DNA of 64,000 nucleotides. Source: a virus. The notes under the pieces are model-generated. The model was not told where the DNA came from, ran no database searches, and saw only the letters and a list, made by a program, of their open reading frames with translations. The position numbers and the translations under genes are program-made. The stretch lies in the IMG/VR virus record IMGVR_UViG_3300013013_000010, one strand, 5' to 3'. Below are positions 41,723 to 51,056 of the stretch, piece after piece. Within the stretch, counting starts at the first letter, position 1; each line of letters begins with the position of its first letter.

Positions 41723-41917
41723 ATGACCGCCCAGTACCGGGAGCTGGCCGCCACGATCGCCGCGCAGGCCCAGGCCATCGCCGACGGCACCGTCACCGGC
41801 CCGCTCCGCGGCGCCGTCGCCCGCCTGGCCGCCAACGCGGACACTCTGCGGGCCTGGACCGCCGACGACCGCTCCGGCGTCGCCTCACCCACACCCCACG
41901 ACCCCAACCAGGAGTAG
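41723..41917 (+). CDS. Hypothetical protein
   Basis: GGAGGG RBS. Confidence 0.65.
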   Translation: MTAQYRELAATIAAQAQAIADGTVTGPLRGAVARLAANADTLRAWTADDRSGVASPTPHDPNQE

Positions 41918-41922
41918 CCGCC

Positions 41923-42288
41923 ATGCCCGTCCCGCTTCCGCCCGCCGACGTCCTGGACCAGCTCGACTTCCAGCACGTCGCCGACCTGTACCGCGGGCGG
42001 CGCATCCGCGAGGCCGAACAGGAGCTGACCCACTACAAGCGCCTGGGCGCCCCGGAGCGCCTGGCCCTGCTCCTGGCCGCCAGCAACGCCGGGCCCGGCC
42101 TCACCCCGCGCGACCTGGCCCGCTACACCGGCAACGAGCCGCGGACCGTCCAGCGACAGCTCGACTTCTGGGTGGAGCGCGGGCTGCTGCACCGCACCGC
42201 CACCACCTCCCCGCCGGACGGGCAGCGGCCGACCAAGGCCGACACCGTCTACCTGTGGCACGACGACCCGCGCGGCCACCGGCGCTAA
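41923..42288 (+). CDS. Winged-helix DNA-binding protein
   Basis: GLTPRDLARYTG..PRTVQRQL...VERGLL.R. Confidence 0.75.
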   Translation: MPVPLPPADVLDQLDFQHVADLYRGRRIREAEQELTHYKRLGAPERLALLLAASNAGPGLTPRDLARYTGNEPRTVQRQLDFWVERGLLHRTATTSPPDGQRPTKADTVYLWHDDPRGHRR

Positions 42289-42314
42289 CCCGCGGGCACT
42301 AGCCCTCCCCCTCG

Positions 42315-42347
42315 ACGGCCCCCCACCCGGGGGGCCGTTCCCTTTAT
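42315..42347 (+). terminator. Intrinsic terminator closing the accessory island
   Basis: 10-bp stem ACGGCCCCCC/GGGGGGCCGT, 4-nt loop, followed by TCCCTTTAT. Confidence 0.7.
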
Positions 42348-42391
42348 CCCACCCCCTTGCCCGAACCATCCCATACCGGTACGTTCCGCCC

Positions 42392-42895
42392 GTGTACATC
42401 ATCGTGGGCGAGGACGGGGTCACCGACCTCCGGCGCCCCCTCAAGAACCTCAAGGAGCTACTCGTGGCGCTGTCCGATCAGGTCGCCGACCTGCGTACCG
42501 AGGTGGCCACCAACGCCGCCCTCGTCGCCGAGCACGCCGTCGCCCAGGACCAGGCCCTGGCCCGGGTGGAGGCCAAGCTCGCCGAGCTGGGCGAGCACCC
42601 CGAGCTGACCGACCTCGTGTCCGGCCTGCGCGGCAACAACGAGACTCTGCGCACCTCGGTCACCGAGCTGCACGCCCTGGTGGCCACCCCGCTGCCCGAC
42701 GAGCCGCCGGACGCCCCCACCCCCGACCCGCTGCCCGAGCCTGAGCCCGAGCCCGAGCCCGTGCCCCCGGTGGACGAGGCCCCCGTGGACGAGCCCCCGG
42801 TCGACGACACCGCCCCCGTCGAGCCCACCCCCGAGGAGCCCGCGCCGGTGGACCAGCCCGCCGACGAGCCCCCGGTCGTCGGTGACTTTTCGTAG
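42392..42895 (+). CDS. Coiled-coil plus Pro/Glu-rich protein
   Basis: Heptads followed by PEPEPE low complexity; TACGTT 6 nt before the GTG. Confidence 0.7.
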   Translation: MYIIVGEDGVTDLRRPLKNLKELLVALSDQVADLRTEVATNAALVAEHAVAQDQALARVEAKLAELGEHPELTDLVSGLRGNNETLRTSVTELHALVATPLPDEPPDAPTPDPLPEPEPEPEPVPPVDEAPVDEPPVDDTAPVEPTPEEPAPVDQPADEPPVVGDFS

Positions 42896-42913
42896 TTCCT
42901 CCGCCACCCTGCG

Positions 42914-42942
42914 TTGACATGGCGCGCTAGGGCACGTACAAC
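42914..42942 (+). promoter_or_regulatory. Possible promoter for scaffold/capsid genes
   Basis: TTGACA-N17-TACAAC (last -10 base non-consensus). Confidence 0.5.
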
Positions 42943-43045
42943 TCACCGCAAGAACCACAACCCACGCCCACGGGCCATCGCCAGCCGGAACCACCTTCCG
43001 GCCGACGGTGGCCCGTTTGCGTTGTCAGGGGAGAGATCAGAGCGC

Positions 43046-43960
43046 ATGGGCACCGAGCGTGCGGCGACGGCCACCAAGATGGTCGACCTCGACCTGACCG
43101 AGGCCAGCGCGGTGGACATGCCCGCCAACCTCATGCCCGGCTGGCTGGTGCTCAAGTCCCTCGACGGCGAGCTGGCGCAGTGGGTGCTGGACCAGGCCGC
43201 GGTCCTCAAGGCCGCCGACACCTCCACCCCCGACGGCGAGGCGGGCGGCGGCACGCAGGCCACCGACCCCGAGCCCGCCCCCGGCGACGACGAGCAGGTC
43301 AACACCCCTGGCCCCGGCCAGGACGACGAGCCGGTCGCCCCGGACTCGGTGAGCAAGGGAGCAACCATGGACGAGGCCGCCCTCACCGCCCGCATCGCCG
43401 AGCTGGAGGCCCAGCTCGCCGTCGCCAAGGCCGCGACCACCGCCAGCCCCGAGCTGGACCCGGTGGCCAAGGCCCTGGGCGAGCTGCCCGAGCCGGTCCG
43501 CAAGCACCTGGAGGGCCTCAACGCCCGCGCCGAGGAGGCCGAGCGGGTCGCCAAGGCCGAGCGCGACCACCGCCTGGACGCCGAGTACGTGGCCAAGGCC
43601 CGCAGCCTGGCGACCAACCTGCCCGTCGACCCGGTCGCCTTCGCCCGCCACCTGCGCGCCGCCACCGAGGCCGTCCCGGAGGCCGCCGCCGCGTTCGTCC
43701 AGGTCCTCAAGGCCGCCGACGCCGCGCTGGCCGACGCCCGGCCCTACGGCGAGGTCGGCAGCTCCGCCGCCGCGGCCGACGACGGCTCGGCGATGTCCAA
43801 GATCAACGCCGCGGCCCACGAGCTGGTGGCCAAGTCCACCACGGCGCTGAGCTTCCCCGAGGCCCAGGCCCAGGTGCTGTCCAGCCCCGAGGGCGCCCGC
43901 CTGTACGCCCAGTACCAGGCCGAGCGCGCCCGCGCCGCTGCGGCCACCCCCGCCCTGTAG
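43046..43960 (+). CDS. Capsid scaffold protein
   Basis: DL.L.E.S.VD.PAN...WLVLKS N-terminus; helical body with repeated V-x-K-A; upstream of capsid genes. Confidence 0.75.
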   Translation: MGTERAATATKMVDLDLTEASAVDMPANLMPGWLVLKSLDGELAQWVLDQAAVLKAADTSTPDGEAGGGTQATDPEPAPGDDEQVNTPGPGQDDEPVAPDSVSKGATMDEAALTARIAELEAQLAVAKAATTASPELDPVAKALGELPEPVRKHLEGLNARAEEAERVAKAERDHRLDAEYVAKARSLATNLPVDPVAFARHLRAATEAVPEAAAAFVQVLKAADAALADARPYGEVGSSAAAADDGSAMSKINAAAHELVAKSTTALSFPEAQAQVLSSPEGARLYAQYQAERARAAAATPAL

Positions 43961-44023
43961 CGCCAGCCCTCCCAGCCCTCCCAGCCCCCACCCCTTCTCG
44001 ACCCGACCCACCAGGAGCGCGCC

Positions 44024-44740
44024 ATGTCCTTCGAGGAGGCCCTCGTCACCACCACCATGGAGGCCGACAACGGCACCCAGGTGGGCGGTCGCCAGTACCG
44101 CTTCGTCTACCAGACCGGCGCGCGCAGGTGCGGCATCGGTGCGACCGGCCCCGTTGCCGGGGTGGTGCAGAACGTCGTCGCTCACGACAACGAGGCGACC
44201 ACCGTCGCCGTCGGCGGGATCTCCATGGTCTACACCGGCGCCACCCTGGCCGGTGGCGACCGGGTCATGCCCGACGGCAACGGCGCGGCGGTCCTGTTCG
44301 CCCCCACCCCCGTGGCGGCGTCGCTGGTCACCGGCGGCACCGAGGCCGCCAACAACCTGTTCCGCGTCACCGCCGACGACCCCGGCGCGGCGGGCAACGG
44401 CATCACCGTGCACCTGCGCGACCCCGGCGCGGCCTCCCAGGCCCTGGCCGTGGTCGTCAACGGCAACGACATCGTGGTCAACCTGGCCACCGACGCCGGT
44501 TCGGTGGTCACCTCCACCGCCGCGCAGGTCCGCACCGCCCTGGACGCCAGCGCCGCCGCCGCCGCGCTCATCTCCACCGCCCTGGAGGGCACCTCCACCG
44601 GCGCCGGGGTCGTGGTCGCCGAGGCCAGCCCCGAGAACCTCACCGGCGGTGCTGACCCCTCCGAGGTCGACTACGGCGTGGTCAACCGCGGCGCCGCGTC
44701 CGGCGGCATCGCCGCCATCCGCCTCCGCAACCTCCAGTAG
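44024..44740 (+). CDS. Capsid decoration/cement protein with inserted beta domain
   Basis: Y.FV...GV.QN....A.TVA..GIS.V..G..LA.GD.V..D.NG.AV; position between scaffold and MCP. Confidence 0.7.
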   Translation: MSFEEALVTTTMEADNGTQVGGRQYRFVYQTGARRCGIGATGPVAGVVQNVVAHDNEATTVAVGGISMVYTGATLAGGDRVMPDGNGAAVLFAPTPVAASLVTGGTEAANNLFRVTADDPGAAGNGITVHLRDPGAASQALAVVVNGNDIVVNLATDAGSVVTSTAAQVRTALDASAAAAALISTALEGTSTGAGVVVAEASPENLTGGADPSEVDYGVVNRGAASGGIAAIRLRNLQ

Positions 44741-44825
44741 CCCCAGCCCCAGCCCCAGCCCCACCCCATCCGTCCGTTCATCGTGGCCCTTGTGCCCCTA
44801 GCACCACACAGGGAGCACGCGCGCG

Positions 44826-45791
44826 ATGAACCCGACCCGCGGCGACGTCCACATCGACCAGGTCCTCACCAACCTGTCGCTGACCTACGCCCGTGACTAC
44901 CGCAACTCGATCGCCGACAAGGTGTTCCCGGTCGTGGGGGTCAACAAGCAGTCCGACCGGTACTGGGTGTACGACCGGGACGCCTTCATGCGCACGGTCG
45001 CTGAGAAGCGCGCCCCTGCCACCGAGTCCGTCGGCGGGCACTTCACCTACGGCGACAACTCCTACTTCGCCGAGGTCTACGCCGTCCACAAGGACATCGA
45101 CGACCAGACCCGCGCCAACGTCGACTCCCCGCTCAACCTGGACGCCGACGCGACCATGTGGGTGACCAACCAGCTCCTGATCCGCCGCGACCTGCTGTGG
45201 ATCGAGCGCTACTTCAAGACCGGCGTGTGGGGCACCGACTTCGCCGGGGTCGCCACCGGCACCCCGACCGCCTCGCAGTTCCTGCGCTGGGACGTGTCCG
45301 GCTCGGACCCGATCGCCTTCCTCCGCGCGCGCATCACCGCCATGGAGGAGGCCACCGGCATCCGGCCCAACGTGCTGGCCTTCGGCCCCAAGGTCTGGAA
45401 CGCCCTGGCCGACCACGCCTCCCTGCTGGAGCGCATCAAGTACACCGAGCGCGGCCAGGTCGGCCCCGACCTGCTCGGCTCCCTACTCGGCATCCCCACG
45501 GTCATGCCGCTGCGGGCGGTCTACAACACCGCCGCCGCCGGGGCCGCGGGCAGCTACTCGTTCATGGCGGGCAAGCACGCCTGGCTCGGCTACGCCGCCC
45601 CCGCCGCTGGCCTGCAGACCATCTCCGCGGGCTACACGTTCGCCTGGACCGGTTACGGGACCTTCGCCCCGCAGATCCGCAACTTCCGGCTGGAGCTGAT
45701 CCGCAGCGACCGGATCGAGGGCGAGATGGCCTTTGACATGGCCGTCACCGCCACCGACCTCGGGATGTTCTTCGCCGACGCCGTCAGCTAG
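44826..45791 (+). CDS. Major capsid protein (HK97 fold)
   Basis: H.D..LTN.S..Y...IAD..FP.V.V.KQSD.Y; GGGAG RBS; position in head module. Confidence 0.9.
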   Translation: MNPTRGDVHIDQVLTNLSLTYARDYRNSIADKVFPVVGVNKQSDRYWVYDRDAFMRTVAEKRAPATESVGGHFTYGDNSYFAEVYAVHKDIDDQTRANVDSPLNLDADATMWVTNQLLIRRDLLWIERYFKTGVWGTDFAGVATGTPTASQFLRWDVSGSDPIAFLRARITAMEEATGIRPNVLAFGPKVWNALADHASLLERIKYTERGQVGPDLLGSLLGIPTVMPLRAVYNTAAAGAAGSYSFMAGKHAWLGYAAPAAGLQTISAGYTFAWTGYGTFAPQIRNFRLELIRSDRIEGEMAFDMAVTATDLGMFFADAVS

Positions 45792-45829
45792 CAGCACCCA
45801 GCACCCAGCACCAACCCCAGGAGCGCGCC

Positions 45830-46252
45830 GTGCACTACGTGGCCAAGCGCCAGATGACCACCAGCGCCGGGCAGCGCATGCCCGGCGACCAGGTCCCCGA
45901 GGCGGCCGACTGGCCGCGCGCGATCCTGGACGCCCACCTCGCGGGCGGCTGGCTGGAGGAGGTCGACGACGACGCCGACCCGGCAGAGGCCGCCGCCATC
46001 CGCGATGCGGGACCGACCCAGGGTCCTGAGTCCATGGCCCGCCCGGCCGCCGACGAGCCCGAGCCCGCCGACGACGACGCCGAGCCGGTCGCGGTCCCCG
46101 CCCGGGAGGCCACCGCCCAGCTTGAGCCCACCCCGTCGGCCGCCGACACCGAGGCCCAGGCCACCCCGGTCGAGGCCAACCGGCCCGTCGTCGAGGACGA
46201 CCGCGACCGGCCCGACGCCAAGCCCTCCTCCAAGCGCCGCCGCCGGAGCTGA
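45830..46252 (+). CDS. Small head-associated protein with low-complexity tail
   Basis: Follows the MCP; short N-terminal domain resembling 49280-49786. Confidence 0.6.
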   Translation: MHYVAKRQMTTSAGQRMPGDQVPEAADWPRAILDAHLAGGWLEEVDDDADPAEAAAIRDAGPTQGPESMARPAADEPEPADDDAEPVAVPAREATAQLEPTPSAADTEAQATPVEANRPVVEDDRDRPDAKPSSKRRRRS

Positions 46253-46254
46253 CC

Positions 46255-46707
46255 GTGCCCGGGTCCTTCACCTACTCGGGGAACCCGGCCTCCTCCCCCC
46301 GCGACGAGGTCCGCTTCCTCATCGGCGACACCGACGCCACCCGGCCGGTGCTGTTCGACGCCGAGGTCGACTACCTGCTGGCCAGCCAGCCCAGCGCGCT
46401 GGCCGCAGCCACCGAGGGTGCCCGGCGCGCCGCCGCGCGCTTCGCCTCCCTGGCCGACCTGTCCGTGGACGGGCTGTCGATCGCCTACTCCCAGCGCCGC
46501 GACGCCTACACCGCCCTGGCCGCCGACCTGTCCGCCCGCGAGTCCGCCGCCACCCCCACCCGCAACGTGCCCACCATGATCTCCCTCGCCGCCCCCGCAG
46601 CCCCACCCCTGCGCGTGGGCATGCACGCCAACACCGGCGGCGACGCCCAGGCCCAGACCGGCTACGTCGCGGGCACCGCCACCGCACCCGGCACACCGAC
46701 CGGCTGA
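46255..46707 (+). CDS. Head-tail adaptor/connector
   Basis: FTY..P..S.RD.VRFLIGDTD....L.D.E..YL pattern; synteny. Confidence 0.8.
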   Translation: MPGSFTYSGNPASSPRDEVRFLIGDTDATRPVLFDAEVDYLLASQPSALAAATEGARRAAARFASLADLSVDGLSIAYSQRRDAYTALAADLSARESAATPTRNVPTMISLAAPAAPPLRVGMHANTGGDAQAQTGYVAGTATAPGTPTG

Positions 46708-46711
46708 CGTC

Positions 46712-47068
46712 GTGGACCCCCAGTTCCTCCTGCTCATGCCCCACCGGGTCCTGGTGGAGCGCAAGACCGGCGCCGACCTGTACGGCGAGGAGACCTACGG
46801 CCCGGCCACCGCCTACCCCGCGCGCATCCGCTACACCCAGCGGATGGTCCGCGCCGCCGACGGCGAGGAGGTCGTGGCCCGCGGCCAGGTCACCATCGGC
46901 GGGGTCTCCGGCATCACCGCCGACGACCGCATCACCCTGCCCGCCCCCGGCTCGCTGGTCGCCGTCGCCGACCCGGAGTCCGACGAGACCTACTCCCCGC
47001 CGATCGTGGCCGTCACCCGCTCCTCCGACGACGTCGGCGAGCACCACGAGACGGTGTACTTCGCGTGA
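46712..47068 (+). CDS. Head closure/stopper protein
   Basis: D.YG..TYG....YPARI; synteny. Confidence 0.7.
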   Translation: MDPQFLLLMPHRVLVERKTGADLYGEETYGPATAYPARIRYTQRMVRAADGEEVVARGQVTIGGVSGITADDRITLPAPGSLVAVADPESDETYSPPIVAVTRSSDDVGEHHETVYFA

Positions 47069-47475
47069 CCGCCGCCGCCACCCCGCAGCCGCCCCCAGCC
47101 ACGGCCCGGCGCCCGGCCACCCCTCCGTGGACCTACCGCGCGCGGGTCTACCGCGTCATCGACGGCGACACCATCGACGTCGACATCGACCTGGGCTTCC
47201 GCACCTACACCACCCAGCTCCTGCGCCTGCTGCGCGTCAACACCCCCGAGCGCGGCCAGCCCGACTACGACACCGCCCGGCTGCTCACCCTGGACTGGTG
47301 CCGCCGCCACGGTGGCGGCCAGTGGCCGCTGCTGGTCACCACCGCCCGCACCGACAAGTACGGCCGCTTCCTCGCCGAGGTCCGCCACCCCCACCCCCAC
47401 CCCGACGACGACGACGTCTGCCTCAACGACGTGCTCGTCACCAACGGCTGGCCCGACATCGGGCGTGCCCGATGA
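47065..47475 (+). CDS. Staphylococcal nuclease (thermonuclease)-like protein
   Basis: V.RVIDGDTI...IDLGF.....RL..VNTPE; DKYGR.LA.V; LN..LV..G. Confidence 0.85.
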   Translation: MTAAATPQPPPATARRPATPPWTYRARVYRVIDGDTIDVDIDLGFRTYTTQLLRLLRVNTPERGQPDYDTARLLTLDWCRRHGGGQWPLLVTTARTDKYGRFLAEVRHPHPHPDDDDVCLNDVLVTNGWPDIGRAR

Positions 47476-47909
47476 GCCCGGTCCGGCGCCTGCCCCGCGG
47501 CGCGGGCGGGCTGATCTCCCTGGCCATCGACGGCGTGGACCCCCTCGCCGCCATCCTCGCCGCCGCCGGGCCGCGGGCCAACCTCACCCTGGCCCGCGCG
47601 CTGTTGGAGGAGGCCAACGCCATCGTCGGCGACGCCGTCGCCCTGGTCCCCGTCCGCCGCGGCATTCTGCGCGCCTCCGCCGACGTCTCCCTGCCCCGCA
47701 TCACCCGCACCTCGGTGACCCTGGAACTCGGCTTCGGCGGCGCCGCGTCGGACTACGCCGTCGCCCAGCACGAGAACCTGACCTACCGCCACGCCCGCGG
47801 GCGGACCGCCAAGTTCCTGGAGACCCCCGCCCTGGCCCGCGCCGAGGGCATGGACCGCCGCCTGGCCCGGCGGCTGCGCTCCATCCTGCGCAGCGGCGCG
47901 GGGGGCTGA
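47472..47909 (+). CDS. HK97 gp10-like neck protein
   Basis: A..LVPV..G.LRAS; YAV.QHE...H....AKFLE.P. Confidence 0.8.
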   Translation: MSPVRRLPRGAGGLISLAIDGVDPLAAILAAAGPRANLTLARALLEEANAIVGDAVALVPVRRGILRASADVSLPRITRTSVTLELGFGGAASDYAVAQHENLTYRHARGRTAKFLETPALARAEGMDRRLARRLRSILRSGAGG

Positions 47910-47912
47910 GCC

Positions 47913-48317
47913 ATGGCCCTGCTGGAGGACCTGCACGCCTACCTGTCCGGGGTCTACCCCGAGCTGTCCGGCCAGCTCTACCTCGCCTCCCTGCCCGACG
48001 CCCCCGACGCCGCCACCGCCCTGTCCGAATCCGCCGGGCTGGGCCCGCCGCGGCTCATGGGCTCCCCGCTGCCCGTCTTCGACCACCACCGCCTCCAGGC
48101 CCGCTCCCGCGCCCGGTTCTACCGCGACGCCCGCAGCGCCGCGTTCAAGGTCTACCGCGCCCTGGAGGCGGTCGTTGACACCGCCCTGGTCAGCGGCGGC
48201 GCCATCTACTACCGCATCGCCGCGGTCCAGGCGCCGTTCCCCACCGGCCGCGACGAGAGCGGGCGGTGCCTGTTCACCGCCAACTTCGACGTGTGGAGGG
48301 AACCCATCGATGGCTAG
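47913..48317 (+). CDS. Tail terminator/minor capsid-3-like protein
   Basis: P..PD.A..L....G; LQ..R...Y..A; P...G.DE..R..F..NF. Confidence 0.75.
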   Translation: MALLEDLHAYLSGVYPELSGQLYLASLPDAPDAATALSESAGLGPPRLMGSPLPVFDHHRLQARSRARFYRDARSAAFKVYRALEAVVDTALVSGGAIYYRIAAVQAPFPTGRDESGRCLFTANFDVWREPIDG

Positions 48318-48507
48318 CGCCCCCTACCCCCACCCGCCGCCGGAGTCCTTCCAGTCCTACGAGCCCCCGGCGCTGTACCCCGGCGACGCCCCCCGCTCGG
48401 ACCACAAGGTCCGCTGCCACCGCTGCAACCTGCTGCTCGCCGAGCTGGTCACCCGCCCCTGGGTCATCCGCTGCCGCCGGTGCAAGGCGCCGAACAAGGC
48501 CGACTGA
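48310..48507 (+). CDS. Mu Com-like zinc-finger regulator
   Basis: RCHRCNLLLAE.......IRCRRCK..N. Confidence 0.7.
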   Translation: MASAPYPHPPPESFQSYEPPALYPGDAPRSDHKVRCHRCNLLLAELVTRPWVIRCRRCKAPNKAD

Positions 48508-48618
48508 GCCCCGGTGCGCCCCGGCGTGGAGTGGGCCGCTCCCCACCGCCTGCACGTCCCCCACCCGTCCCGCCCGTCCCGCCTGTCCCGCCCGTCCCGC
48601 CGCCGCAAGGAGAAGCCC

Positions 48619-49002
48619 ATGGGCCCGATCATCAACAAGGTCCTGTACCCCGTCATCCTCGGCCTGGTCGGCTCCGCGCTGACCTGGCTGGCCGCCAACC
48701 TGCCCGGGGCGTCGGACTCCCTGGACGTCGCCGCCGCCACCGCGGCCATTACCGCGGTCATCATGGGCGTCATCGGCTACCTGGTGCCGCTGTCCCAGGC
48801 CAAGGTCACCGACTACTTCGCGGCCAAGGGCGTCACCCTGCCCGGCACCCCCACAACCGACTCCCACGACCCCGTCGGCAACCTCGCCGAGCCGCCGCCC
48901 GGCAGCCGCGTCAGCCCCACCAACGTCGACAACGTCACCACCACCGGCAACCCCAGCGGCAACCCCAACGTCACCTGGGAGCACCGCGACACCCCCCGCT
49001 AG
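48619..49002 (+). CDS. Probable holin (two TM helices)
   Basis: Two hydrophobic helices, charged tail; AAGGAGAA RBS. Confidence 0.6.
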   Translation: MGPIINKVLYPVILGLVGSALTWLAANLPGASDSLDVAAATAAITAVIMGVIGYLVPLSQAKVTDYFAAKGVTLPGTPTTDSHDPVGNLAEPPPGSRVSPTNVDNVTTTGNPSGNPNVTWEHRDTPR

Positions 49003-49073
49003 ACCGTCCGTCCGTTCTGCCCTACTCTCATCCGCGTCGGCCGGGGGGTTCGAGCCCACTCCCCCCCTGCCTC

Positions 49074-49112
49074 CAGAAGCCCCGGGGGCCTCACGATCCC
49101 CCGGGGCTTCTG
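49074..49112. terminator. 15-bp hairpin (probable terminator)
   Basis: CAGAAGCCCCGGGGG/CCCCCGGGGCTTCTG with 9-nt loop. Confidence 0.7.
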
Positions 49113-49279
49113 TCCGTTCCCCTCCCCTTGCCCGCCTCCTCCTGCTACGCTCCGTTCAACCGCATACCTGCCGTGCCCTTGTGGCCCCGGCCGCCGCCCA
49201 GCTCCCGTGACCCCTCGTGGTCCAGCGCCGCGGCTCCCCGGGCCGCGCCGTGGCCTCACACGAGGAGCACGGACGCCGC

Positions 49280-49786
49280 ATGGCCAGCACGACGACCCGC
49301 TACCGGGTCCACGCGGGGATCGACTACGACGGCAAGCGCGCCGAGCCCGGCGACATCGTCGATGACCTGCCCCGCGGGGCCATCACCGACCTCAAGGACG
49401 CCGGGGTCGTCACCTTGATCCCCAAGGGCGAGGACCCCCGCGACTACCCCCACCCGCCCGCCGACGGGCCCTATGCCGCCGCCGCGCCCGAGCCGTTCGT
49501 CGACCCCGCAGCCACCATCGTGCTGGGCGCCTACCGCGAGGAGCGCGACCCTACCGGCGCGCCGCTGCCCGGCGCCGACGGCGCCCCCAGCGCCCCGGCC
49601 GAGCCCGGCGAGCCCGTCACCCTGGGCGCCACCTTCACCCCCCCGGAGGCGGTCGCCCCGGCGGTCCCCGACACCGGTGCGGAGACCGTCACCGCCGACG
49701 CCGCCACCGCGGCCGAGCCACCCGTTCCCGCCACCGCCAGCGCCCCGGCCGACGCCCCCGCCACCGACACCGGCCAGGAGGGCTAA
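49280..49786 (+). CDS. Small structural protein with Pro/Ala-rich tail
   Basis: YRV..GIDY....AEPGD.V.DLP...I..L...G.V domain; GAGGAG RBS. Confidence 0.65.
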   Translation: MASTTTRYRVHAGIDYDGKRAEPGDIVDDLPRGAITDLKDAGVVTLIPKGEDPRDYPHPPADGPYAAAAPEPFVDPAATIVLGAYREERDPTGAPLPGADGAPSAPAEPGEPVTLGATFTPPEAVAPAVPDTGAETVTADAATAAEPPVPATASAPADAPATDTGQEG

Positions 49787-49789
49787 GCC

Positions 49790-50524
49790 ATGCCGACCTT
49801 CTACCACGGCAAGGGCTTCCGCATCCTGGTCGACGCCTACGACCTGTCGACCTACTTCTCCGAGGCGACCGCCAGCTACGAGATCGAGACGGCGGAGACC
49901 ACCACCTTCGGCAACACCTCCAAGTCCTACGTCGTCGGCCTGGCCGACGGCACGGTCTCCCTGTCCGGCTTCTTCGACTCCACCGGCGCGGGCAGCATCG
50001 AGCAGGTCCTCCAGGCCCGCCGCGGGGTGGAGGAGGGCACCGTGCTGACCCTGTTCCCCGCGGGCCACGCCACCCTCGGCCGCCGCGCCGACCTGTTCGT
50101 CGCCCATGAGACCTCCGTGGAGACCGCCGGGTCGATCGGCGACATGGTCAGCCTCAACGCCGACTTCCAGGGCTCGGGCACCGCCCATCCGGGCACCATC
50201 CTGGCCCCCCTGGCCGAGCAGGCCGCCGCGGTCACCCACACCGCGGTGGACAACGGCGCCAGCACGGCCAACGGCCTGGTCGCCAACCTGCACGTCACCG
50301 CCAACGCCCGCGCCGGGGCGTCCACCTTCGTCGTGCAGCACTCCGTCGACGCGGTCACCTGGGTCGACCTGGCCACCTTCACCTCGGTCGCTGCGGGTGC
50401 CATCACGGCCCAGTCGGTGCGCACCACGGGGACTGTCAACCGCCACCTGCGGGCGGTGTCCACCGGCACCGGCAACGCCACCTACGTCATCACCGCCGCG
50501 CGCGTGGCGGCCAGCCTGTCCTAG
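49790..50524 (+). CDS. Tail tube-like protein 1 with extra C-terminal domain
   Basis: HGK...DLS.Y.SE.....EIETAETTTFG..SKSYVVGL.D.T.S.SG.FD. Confidence 0.8.
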   Translation: MPTFYHGKGFRILVDAYDLSTYFSEATASYEIETAETTTFGNTSKSYVVGLADGTVSLSGFFDSTGAGSIEQVLQARRGVEEGTVLTLFPAGHATLGRRADLFVAHETSVETAGSIGDMVSLNADFQGSGTAHPGTILAPLAEQAAAVTHTAVDNGASTANGLVANLHVTANARAGASTFVVQHSVDAVTWVDLATFTSVAAGAITAQSVRTTGTVNRHLRAVSTGTGNATYVITAARVAASLS

Positions 50525-50630
50525 CCCGACCCCCAGCCCCCCCCAGCCGCCCTAGCCGACCCGCCCCCCAATCCCGCCCCATCGCCCGTAGTGCCCGCCG
50601 TGGCCCTCGCAGCACCAAGGAGCCACGGTC

Positions 50631-51056
50631 ATGCCGTTCCGCCACGGTAAGAACACCGTCCTCAAGGTCGGCACCGCCGCCGCGGGCCAGGAGTCCACCC
50701 TGGTCAACCTCTCGGCCTACCTGTCGGAGGTGTCGTTCCCCAACGAGATCGAGACCGCCGAGACCACCACCTTCGGGTCGTCGGCCAAGTCCTACGTCGT
50801 CGGCCTGAGCGACAACACCCTGTCGTGCTCGGGGATGTTCGACGCGACGTTCGACGCCCACATCTTCGCCGCGCTGGGCTACGAGACGCCCCTGGACTTC
50901 GAGTACGGCCCGGAGGGCTCGGCCACCGGGCGCATCCGCTACACCGGCAAGTGCTACGTCACCAGCTACGAGAAGTCCGGCTCGGTCGGCGACATGGTCT
51001 CGGGCAACGTGGACTTCCAGTGCACCGGCACCATCACCCGTTCCACCTACCCCTAA
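50631..51056 (+). CDS. Major tail tube protein 2
   Basis: Same signature; GP.G...G..RY.G...VTSYE.SG.VGD.V. Confidence 0.85.
   Translation: MPFRHGKNTVLKVGTAAAGQESTLVNLSAYLSEVSFPNEIETAETTTFGSSAKSYVVGLSDNTLSCSGMFDATFDAHIFAALGYETPLDFEYGPEGSATGRIRYTGKCYVTSYEKSGSVGDMVSGNVDFQCTGTITRSTYP

Noticed and set aside
49040-49075. GGGTTCGAGCCC T-arm-like hairpin ending near TCCA (possible tRNA remnant or attP)
   Set aside because: No D arm, anticodon arm or acceptor pairing; no integrase in the window
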